Origin: Antechinus flavipes
Taxonomy: Eukaryota
Assembly: GCF_016432865.1 (NCBI RefSeq)
Contig: NC_067399.1
Coordinates: 621,984,001-622,048,000 of the forward strand
DNA length: 64,000 bases
Direction of reading: 5' to 3'
The position numbers and the translations under genes are program-made. Position 1 is the stretch's first letter. Each line of letters begins with the position of its first letter. The notes under the pieces are model-generated. The model did no database searches and was not told where the DNA came from. It was given only the letters and a program-made list of their open reading frames with translations. Of this stretch, positions 26,701 to 36,775 are shown piece by piece.

Positions 26701-29132
26701 ATGTGATTTAATGGACCAGGGAAAGACCTCTACATGAAATTATTTCTCCTATCTGGGAGATGGACTATTTAAAACCCCACCATTATATATTTCTTCCTTT
26801 GCATTGAATTCAATCCAATTCAACAACATTGATTAAGTACCTCATATTCAAATGAGGATCCAAAGACAAAAATTATATATCTGCCTACAAGAAATATATA
26901 TTTTATTGGAGGAGAGAATACAACAGAATATAAACAAATAAATACATATTTTTTCACCATGTCTCAAATATACTTTCCCTGCTCTTTTGCATACTCAAGT
27001 CCTATCTATTCTTCAAAGTTTAGTTTGAGCCCCACCTTTGATGGCAGCATCAAGCATTCTCTGCTTCTTTTGGCTCCCACTGATTACTCCCTGCTTCTGA
27101 ATTGTATAATACTTAAAATATACAACCATATGTTTGGTGTTTAGCATAGATACACTACCTTGTAGTAACAGTGTTATTTTATATTTTTCATCAATTTTTC
27201 ATGTATTTTAGTTCAGTCTCCCCAACCAAATTGCAAGCTCCTTGTAGACAAGCACTTTGGTAGGAGAATTAGATTGGAGTCCTAACTCTGCTATTTAATA
27301 GATGTGTGATCTTGAGCAAGTAATTATACTTCCTTGACCCTCAATTTCCTCTTTCATAAAAAGGGATAATAATACTGGTGCTATCTACCTCTTTGGGCTG
27401 TAGGATTCAATTTCCTCATTTTACAGATGAAAACAAGACTCAGACACAAGACTTGCCTGACATCAGCCTAGACAGTAACATAGCTAGGATTTGAGTTCAA
27501 ATGATCTTAGCTCCAAATCTAGCATTGTTCTTAATGCTGCAAGGAGGGTTTGTAAACCTTGAGAATATAAAAATGTTCATTATCTTTGCTATTGCCTCCT
27601 TCCATACCCTCAGAGTCTCCCCCCTCAACAGTGGCCTAAAAGGCTTAGACACAACAACTATTCAATAAATATTTGTTGACTTCAGTTTTCAATAAATCAA
27701 TTAGCAAACACTTATTGAAGAAAATAAAGAGCTGAAATAGTCCATACCCTTAGGGGACTTCCATTCTAAGGAAGGAGGGAGAGGATGACAATATAAGTAA
27801 ATACTGAATAGACACTGATCTGGAAAAGATGTTCTGTGCATGAGAGGGAGGGGATGGGGATAGCAGATTGAAACAGTTGGTCACCTGTCCTCACACTGAA
27901 CATGGGAAGAGCAAGATGTCAGGAAAGCTAATCTATAACAGTTTACCAGAGACTGTCGATGAACAAAGAGAGATTTGCTTCAAGGTCACACAATGACTGT
28001 TTCCTCGAAAAATTATCAATGGAATATTTGACATTAGAACACATTCAGGGAACCAGGATTGGAAAAAATCACTATTTCAATGATTTGCATTATGAGAGTG
28101 ATGGTGATAATGGATCCCTGTTACTCTTTTCTCTTTTCCTCCAACATGAAGAGCCCAATTCCTATCATTTCTGCACCTTCCAACAATTTTTGATGGAGAG
28201 GAAAATGTTAAATAGCAAACTTCTTTTTTTTCATAGCTGGGTGATTAGTCCCTTCCCTATTAAACACTCTTCCCTTTGATTCTTACCATCCTTCAATAAT
28301 ATCACATTTCTCTAAGCACTTTAAGAATTACAAAGTATTTTCCTCAAAACAATCATGTAAGGTAGGTATTACAATGTTAATATCCCCATTTAACAGATTA
28401 AGAAACTGAAGTGCTGAAAAATTAACTGACTTGTTTATGGGTGTCATGTAACTAGTAAGTGACTGAGGCAAGATTTAATCTCAGGTCATCTGACTCCCAG
28501 AAACTGTACTTTCTACTAGGCCACATTGCTTTTCTTTGTTCAGCTAAAGTGACACTTCCCCTGCCAATACCTTTTTGATCTTTTCAGTTGTTAATGTTCT
28601 CAAAACATTATTTATCTGTCTACTTTACAACCCCCATGTGGAATTTCAGCTCCTTGAGGGCAGGATCAGGGTGTTTTTTTTTTTTTTTTTGGCCTATGTA
28701 TCAACAGGACCTAGCATAGTACCTGGTACATAGTAGGCATTTTGTAAGCATTAGTTGAATTGAATTCCATTAACTAGTCCATCTTCCTCTGGAGACTCTT
28801 CACAGTCTTGCAGAGTTTCAGATATTGAAGACATTCTGAAATTACTAAAATGGGAGACAGCTAAATAGGTCAAAAGACCACTAGATTTTATACCAAATGC
28901 CTTTATCTCTCCCCTAAATACATGTGTGCTTTTTGGCATATGTGAGCTAGAGTCAGTGACAGTGAATATTGAGGAAGAAGATAATAAAATACAGATAAAA
29001 ATAGGTCTTTTCTAAACACACCTCCTCTTCAGGTTAATTATGAGCCACTAGCCCTGTTAGATGCTGATAGTATAAGGGAGAAAACCATAAATGATAATCA
29101 TTGCAGTGTAACTATTGTGTCATCATACTGAC

Positions 29133-29228
29133 CCACAGGGGTGTCCTCCGAAAGGCTGAAAAGGGCCATATTTCCATTTGTGCTGCTGGCTCCATTGTCG
29201 AAGAAATAAGGAGCAAAATTCGCCTGGG
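29133..29228 (-). CDS. CDHR1: CDHR1 coding exon 2 (96 bp): (A)[31 protein letters not shown](G)
   Basis: Acceptor ttgttttccag|CC, donor GTGG|gtcagt. Phase 1-1. Nearly identical to the recalled CDHR1 mature N-terminus [30 protein letters not shown]. Confidence 0.97.
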
Positions 29229-30359
29229 CTGGAAAACAACAAAACACAAAGGAGTTCTTTGAACCTCATTCCCCAATGGAATTGTTTTTCTCCAACCCAG
29301 CTCAATGATCTGACCAATTCCTGGGGGAATCCTTTAAGTTTACAATATACTCAGTGACACAAATGAACTTGTGACTCAGAAAGGGATCTGTAACACCACA
29401 TCACTAGAGGGACACCTTGCCCCTACATCAGACCAGATAACACAAATACTGGAGTTTCACAATAACTAGATACTCAGATAATCCATCAACATTGAATATT
29501 AAAGCAGAAAGGAATCTTAGAGATCCTCTAGTCTGGGATTTCTTAACCTCATTTATATGTCATAGACTCTTTTGAGGCAGTCTGGGAAAATTTCTGGACT
29601 TCTCAGAAAAATATTTTTAAATGAATAAATAAATATCCAGTTTGTAAAAGAAACTAAATTATATTCAAATATATTTATCAAAATGTAAAAAAAATCCACC
29701 CCTAATTTATAGATCTTAGATTAAGGCCCCCTGTTCTAAGGCAACATCCTTAAGAGGCAGATGAGACAATGATGTCAAAAATCATACAACAACCTAAAAG
29801 TATGTGCTGGTATTAGAACCCAAGTATCCCAACGCCCAGGCTATCTCCCCTCTCTCCACTAACCCATATTGCCACTGAAACAGACTTTAAAATGCCCAAA
29901 GTTTCCAGCAAAGCTATTATTATCAGTTCTCACCAATAACACAGTCACAGACACTCTAAGGTATAAACATCCACAAAAACACAGTCACAGGAATGCACTG
30001 AATACATGTGGCAGAAAAGCCAAGGAAAAGAGTCTGTTATTGGCAACCATTTGGAAGTTACATCTACCAAAGAAGCAAAGAACCAGAAAAAAAAATGACC
30101 ACTTACGTGCTGCCAGATACCATTAAAAAAATTCAAAACAAAACAAAGCAAAAGACAGTCATTAGTCATAAAATTAAGCACAGTAAATGACCCATTTGAA
30201 ATTAAATAAAAACTCAAATCTGCTTTTTGTGAAAATAAAGTAAAGGTACCTTTACTCTTGTTCACACCACCAAATTTCCTGATGCCCCGAAGAACCCAAT
30301 GAGGATGGATTCCTCCTTCTCCCTTCTTCCTGATAACCTCAGAAATAGATGGTACTCAC

Positions 30360-30420
30360 CCAAGCAAACCTGCACCAGTGCCAGGACCAAGGAGGCAGGG
30401 AACTGCTGGCCATGTTTCAT
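30360..30420 (-). CDS. CDHR1: CDHR1 coding exon 1 (61 coding bp), signal peptide MKHGQQFPASLVLALVQVCL(A)
   Basis: ATG at 30420, hydrophobic signal-like stretch, donor TTGG|gtgagt in phase 1 matching exon 2. Confidence 0.92.
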
Positions 30421-30559
30421 TGCTCTGGAGTCGAGGCTCCTTAGCAGGGGCTGGGCAAGGATGGGCCTCTGGAGGGGATAGAAGCGTGTCCTTCAGTGCC
30501 CTACCATGGCCAATTGTAAGAGAGGAAAGGAGGGGGGAAGGCAGCAGAGGGCGAGAGGA

Positions 30560-30660
30560 ACAGATGTTAAGATGTTAAGAGGATGACACGTCTTATTTTC
30601 TGAGGAATTTAAAGAAGCTCCTTCCCACAACCTAATTAAGACCAATTAATGTGCAAGGAG
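30560..30660 (-). promoter_or_regulatory. Putative CDHR1 proximal promoter
   Basis: TTTAAA TATA-like element near 30608-30613 and two homeodomain AATTA sites (ctaattaag 30632-30640, caattaat 30643-30650) resembling photoreceptor PCE-1/Ret1 elements. The TSS cannot be seen directly. Confidence 0.45.
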
Positions 30661-31274
30661 CCCAGGGACTCGTTTCTGAGTGGAGAGAGCTTGGGAGGAA
30701 TCCACCCCACTCTCTTGAGGCTAGGTGTGTTTGTGGAGACTTAGCCTGTCTAATGAATCTGCCAGCCTTTACACCTACTGAGTTGAGCTCAACAGTCAAA
30801 AAAAAGCAAAGGAACAAAAAGAAGATATCTTCTCTCTGAATGTTGCTTTGAAAAATCTCATTTCCTTCTTTTCTGCCTTTAGATTACTTTGAATTTGCAT
30901 ATAGGTAGAGTTTCCTATAGTTCAGCAGGGAAGGATTTGTTGATGGGTTTGCTGAATAAGAAACCGAAGTATTGGAGCTACTAGTTTGGAGAGTAGCCAT
31001 TTGAAATGAGAAAATCACCAATGATTGTATGGATTTTTACGGTTTCAGAGTAGAGCTCTCCTGGGTGCTGAAGACCTTGATTCAACTCAATAAGCTAGGC
31101 TGAAATATACTATCAACAAAGGAACACTGCAGGGAATCAGGAGAACAGTTGTTTTGTGTTAGAGTTAAAGAAGAATTTTAGATAAGAATTCTCTTGAGTT
31201 CCTCTTCCCCCAAAGGTTCTGTAATCACATAGAACTAAACTCAGTGATATTGATGGTCAAGCTTGGCTTTGTGT

Positions 31275-31515
31275 TGTCATTCAGCTGTGTCAGTCATGCC
31301 TAATTTTTTGCAACCTCATTTGGAGTTTACTTGACAAAGATAGTGAATTGATTTGCCATTTCCTTTTCCAGCTCATTTTACAGTTCAGGAAACTGAGGCA
31401 AACAGAGCTAAATGAATTGCTCAAGGTGACATAGCTAGTAAATATCTGAGGCCAGATTCGAACTTAGAAAGGCCTGACTTCAGGCCTTGTATTCTATTCC
31501 ACTGTACCACTTAAT
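31275..31515 (-). mobile_element. MAR1-type SINE
   Basis: gttgtcattcagctgtgtc...ttgacaaagatagtg...tttgccatttccttttccagctcattttacag...gaggccagattcgaac. Confidence 0.7.
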
Positions 31516-33359
31516 TGGCTCTTATGCCACTTAGCTACCCCAAAAAATATTGACTGGAGGGGTAAACAAAAAAAGACTTATCTTGGATTCAGATAGAAGA
31601 TTAACCTAATCATGCAATTTTATTTATTGTCTCCTTCCAATCATTCAACTAATTGCCAAAATTATCTTTCTATAATACAATTCTGATCACACCACTATCC
31701 CTACTAAATAATCTTTGGTGGCACCTTAGTTCCTCTAGAATAAAATACAAATTCTTCATCTTTACACTTAACATCCTTTATAATTTGGTTTAAATCTGCA
31801 GTTCAAGGTTCCTTGCACATTATTCTCTTTCATGCCCAGATTCCCAAGTATTTTTCTTTCTTCATGCTCTCATTCTAGCTCAAATCAGATGCAAGCTAAC
31901 TTATTTTGGAATCAATGGTTAAAAGTGAGATAGAAAGACACAGAGATATATAGATAATAGGTGGATGGATGGATGTTAGATGGATGCATAGATGGATAGA
32001 AGATAGAGAGATGAGAGGTAAATAAGTAGATGTGTAGAGGTAAAGCATTTATGAAGTACTTACTGTGTGCTAAGCACTGTACCAAATACAAGAAAACTAG
32101 ATTTTCCTTTTTGCTGCAGGAGCTTATATTCTAAGGGAAGAAGAACATCAAAGTGGGTAGGCAAGGGAAAAGGGAGTGGAGTGTACTCAAGACTGTTGGT
32201 AAAGAGGTGGATCAGTCCAAAGAGTAAGCTGGGAAAAAATGAGCTCCCTTTTGAGATGTCAAACAAGGTCAGGTATTCAGAAATCAGGGAAGCAGGTCCC
32301 AGGGAAAAAAGCATTTTGGCATGAGCAAAAACAACTTGTGAGGAGTTGGAGAACTCCAGAGAGTGAGGTGAGCTTGGAGGAAGGCAGATATCATCTCAGA
32401 CTAAGAAACTATCAGACCCATCTCAAAATGGTAAAGAGTGAATTCACTGTTGGAACTTTATTGAAAATTTACAGTATCATAAGATTTAGAGCTGAAAGGA
32501 TCCAGAGTTCATCTAGTCTGGTCTCATCATTTTGTAGATGAAGCCATGAATCTCAAAATCATGAAGTGACTCATTCAAGGTCACAAGAAGAGTGAGTCCT
32601 TAGTTTTACTCTATACTATCCCTACTGTACCATGAATAAGTATAGAAAGATAACCAAGTATGCTGAAAAACAGTTTGGTTGAGAAATTGTACTGGAATAC
32701 CCTTGCCAAGAATTTTTATTTTGCCTTAAAAGGAGACAGCTGGGGACATAGGAGCTAAGAAGACCCCTTTAATTTATAGTTTTTGAGACAGTGTAGTCCA
32801 AAACAATCCAGTGTATAAAATGCTGGAGTTTCACCTAACTCATCTGGCCTTAACTTGGATGGAATATACAGTAACAGATTCAGGGCCACCAAAATTCCCT
32901 AGGGCTACTTTGGCCTTATTTTAAATTCAAGGCAGATTTTAAAAACTATTTTCTTATGTAAAGTGTGATTCTTTTTGAACACCTGTATTTAAAGAGAATT
33001 TAAGTAGACTACTCTACTGGGGAAGAGAAAAGAGACAGGTTGATGTAAACATCTAAAAAGATGGGAAGGTGGAAGGAGTAGGCAGGTCCATTAAAAGGTA
33101 TGAAATGTTTATTGGTCTGAGGATGAATCTGTTATCTCAATTCATTTAGTTATTAGAAAATTAAAGGAATCCTAGAAATAGAAATTTGACTGGGGAAGCA
33201 GGGGATGGAGTGCTAAAATGGAGGCAGATGGTAGCGGAAAGTTTTGGACAGTAGAGAAATCTAGTTTGGGAAGATCCATGTTGTGAGGAGCATGGAAATA
33301 TCAGACAAAGTAAAGAGAATAAGATATTTTAGTCCTCTTCGATTCTGAGCTGTCTTGAG

Positions 33360-33575
33360 GCAGCGAAGTCTGGAGTCAGGAGGACCTGAATTCATATCTG
33401 TCCTCAGATACTTACTAACTGTGTGACTCTATGCAAATCACTTAATCCTATTTGCTTCAGTAAATCTGTAAAATTAACTGGAGAAGGAAATGACTAAATA
33501 TTCCAGTATCTTTGCCAAGAAAACTTCAAATGGGCTCAATGAAGAGTAAGACATGACTGAACAACAACAAAACAA
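33360..33575 (+). mobile_element. MAR1-type SINE
   Basis: tggagtcaggaggacctgaattc...ggagaaggaaatgactaaatattccagtatctttgccaagaaaa...gactgaacaacaacaa tail. Confidence 0.75.
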
Positions 33576-33702
33576 TGTTAGAGACAATTAAATGGAAAAG
33601 TTAAAATGTCATCTAAAGAACTGAGCCAGGAATTGCATTTGACATCCAATTGCTTTTGGAAAACTAACCATGATAAAGAAAACAGATCAAAAGTAAGGTG
33701 GA

Positions 33703-34590
33703 CTCTCAGACTGGCTAAGATGACAGGAAAAGATAATAATGAATGTTGGAGGGGATGTGAGACACTAGTACATTGTTGGTGAAATTGTGAAATGATCCAA
33801 CTATTCCAGAGAGCTATGGAATGGAACTATACCCAAAGACTATAAAACTATGTATACCCTTGGATCCTAGCAGTGTCTCTACTGAATCTGTATCCTAAAC
33901 AGATCATAAAAAAGGGAAAAGGACCCACGTGTGCAAAAATGTCTGCGGCGGCCCTTCTTGTAGTGGCAAGAAACTGGAAATTGATGGGATGCCCATCAGT
34001 TGGGGAATGGCTGAATAAGTTATGGTATATGAATGTTATAGAATATTATTGTTCTATAAAAAATGATCAGCATAATGATTTCAGAAAGCCCTGGAGAGAT
34101 TTACATGAACTGATACAAAGTGAAATGAGTAGAACCAAGAGAACATCGTACATAGCAACAACAAGGCTATGTGATGATCAACTGTGATGTGGCTCTTTTC
34201 AATAATGAGGTGATTCAAGGCAATTCCAATAGACTTGTGATGTTTAGAGCCACCTGCATCCAGAAGGAGGACTAGGGGACTGAATATGGAGCACGACATA
34301 GCATTTTCACTTTTTTGTTTTTGTTTGCTTGCTTTTTGTTTTCTTTCTCATTTTTTCCCTTTTTGGTCTGATTTTTCTTGTACAGCATGATAATTATGGA
34401 AATACATATAGAAGAATTGAATACATTTAACATAAATTGGATTGCTTGCCTGTAAGGGAAGGGGTGAGGGGAAAGGAGAGAAAAAAATGGAACACAACGT
34501 TTTGCAGGGTGAATGTTGAAAATTATCTATGCTTATGCTTTGAAAATAAAAAGCTTTAAAAAACAGTCAAATAGTTCCCCTCTCCCCAAG
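33703..34590 (+). mobile_element. 5'-truncated L1 (ORF2 C-terminus and 3'UTR) with 13-bp TSD
   Basis: ORF 33873..34187 LYPKQIIKKGKGPTCAKMSAAALLVVARNWK...GEWLNKLWY is L1 ORF2p C-terminal sequence. AATAAA at 34545-34550. TSD aaagtaaggtgga at 33690-33702 and 34591-34603. Confidence 0.92.
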
Positions 34591-34837
34591 AAAGTAAGGT
34601 GGAGAAATTCCTTAAATCAGTCAGTGAAACCTTCAGGAAGTTGGAAGAGGACAACAGAATAGCCCAGAGGAGGAATCTTTAGAAACCAGGTTGGGGAGAG
34701 AGATTTAGAATCAGGATGACTTGAATTTGGGAATTCTGCCTCAGATATTCATTTGACTATATATTCCTGGGTGTGTCACTTAATCTCTCAACATCAAGTC
34801 TGTAAAATAATAATAGCACCTAATTCACAGGAGTGTT

Positions 34838-36453
34838 TGTTTGTTTGTTTGGGGGGAAATCACTGCTTTTTAATTTTTTTTAAATATATGTAAATCCAAT
34901 ATAGGTGTTTATACAATTAACTTGCTGCATAAGAAGAATCAGATCAAAGAGGAAAAAAAATAAGAAAATAAAATTCAAACAAATAACAACAAAAGAAGTG
35001 AAAATACTATGTTGTGATCCACACTCAGTTCCCACAGTCCTTTCTCTGGGTGTAGATGGTTCTTATCATCACAAGATTATTGGAACTGGACTGAATCATC
35101 TTATTGTCGAAAAGAACCACATTCATCAGAATTGATCATCATATAATCTTGCCATTGCCGTGTAAAATGAAATCTTGGTTCTGCTCCTCATTTTGTTTAG
35201 CATCAGTTCATATAAATCTCTCCAGCCCTCTCTAAAACCATTCTCCTGATCTTTTCTTACAGAACAATAGTATTCCATAACATTCATATGCCATAACTTA
35301 TTTAGCCATTCTCCAATTAATGGGCATCCATTCAGTTTCCAGTTTCTTGACACTACAAAAAGGGCTGCCACAAATATTTTTGTGCATGGGGGTCCTTCTC
35401 CCTTCTTTAAGATCTCTTTGGGATATAAGCTCAGTAGAAACACTGCTGGTTCAAAGGGTATGCACAGTTTGATAATCTTTTGAACACAGTTGCAAATTGC
35501 TTTCCAGAATGGCTGGATCCATTCACAATTCCACCAACAATGTATTAGTGTCCCAGTTTTCTCACATCCCCTCCAACATATGTCATTATCTTATCCTGTC
35601 ATCTTAGCCAATCTGAGAGGTGTGTAGTAGTACCTTAATTTCTCTGATCAATAGTGATTTAGAGCAGCTTTTCATATGGCTAGAAATGGTTCTAATTTCT
35701 TCATCTGAAAATTGTCTGTCCTTTGACCATATATCAACTGGAGAATGGCTTGAGTTCTTATAAATTTGAGTAAATTCTCTATATATTTTAGAAATGAGGC
35801 CTTTATCAAAATCCTCAAATGTAAAAATATTTTCCCAATTTATTGCTTCCCTTCTAATCTTGTCTGCATTAGTTTTGTTTGTACAAAACCTTTTTAACTT
35901 AATACAACCAAAATTACCTATTTGGTGTTCACTCATGAGTTCCAGTTCTTCTTTGGTCACAGATTCCTTCCTTCCTTTCTTCTCCACAGATCTGAGAGGT
36001 AACCTATCCTTTATTCTTCTAATTTGCTTATAATATCACTCTTTATTTAGACTTTATCTTGGCATATGGTTTTAGGTGTGGGAATGCCTAGTTTCTGCTA
36101 TACAAGTTTCCAATTTTCCCAGCAGTTTTTGTCAAATAGTGAGTTCTTAGTCCCAAAACTGGGGTCCTTGGGTTTGTCAAACATTAGATTTCTATAGTTA
36201 TTGACTATTTTGTCCTGTGAACCTAACCTATTCCACCGATCGACTACTCTATTTCTAAGCCAGTACCAAATGGTTTTGATGACCGCTGCTTCATAATATA
36301 GTTTTAGTACTGGCACAGCTATGCCATCTTAATTGGCATTTTTTCATTAATTCCCTTGAAATTGTTGATCTTTTATTCTTCCAGATGAACTTTGTTATTA
36401 TTTTTTCCTGATCTGAAAAATAATTTTTTGGAAGTTTGATTGGTATGGCACTA
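34838..36453 (-). mobile_element. 5'-truncated L1 (about 1.6 kb of ORF2 3' region and 3'UTR) inserted into a MIR-like SINE
   Basis: ORFs 35126..35443, 35604..35987 and 36098..36316 (LKLYYEAAVIKTIWYW) are broken L1 ORF2p. The host MIR halves sit at about 34690-34837 and 36454-36540. Confidence 0.92.
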
Positions 36454-36534
36454 GAGATGTTGTTAAAATCAAATGATATACTATATAGAATAATTTTGTG
36501 AAGCTTAAAGTGTTAGAGAATGGTGGCTATTTTT

Positions 36535-36775
36535 TATTGTTATTAAAGATTTTTATTTTCAAAACATATGTAAAGATAGTTTTTAACATCCATCCTTGCA
36601 AAACCTTGTGTTCCAAATTTTTCCTTCCCTTCCTCCCACCCCCTTCCCCTAGACATCAAGTAATCCAATATATATTAAACATGGATTTATACATGTTTCC
36701 ACAATTGTCATGCTGCACAAGAAAAATCAGAACAAAAAGAGAAAAAAAGAGAAAGAAACAAAGTGACAGTGAGAG
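36535..36775 (-). mobile_element. L1 3'UTR fragment
   Basis: ttattaaagatttttattttcaaaacatatg...ttccaaattttt...tgctgcacaagaaaaatcag, homologous to the 3' ends of the other L1 copies. Confidence 0.8.

Noticed and set aside
29133-29140. Alternative donor GTGGGT 4 nt upstream of the exon 2 donor
   Set aside because: Would cause a frameshift, has a poor exonic context, and there is no supporting evidence.
29399-29416. CTCF-like sequence tcactagagggacac in CDHR1 intron 1, and gccactagag at about 39285
   Set aside because: Both mismatch key core positions, too weak to call an insulator.
33873-36316. Several 70-130 aa ORFs with recognisable protein-like sequence
   Set aside because: Fragments of L1 ORF2p in 5'-truncated, frameshifted copies. 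Not host genes and not retrotransposition-competent.
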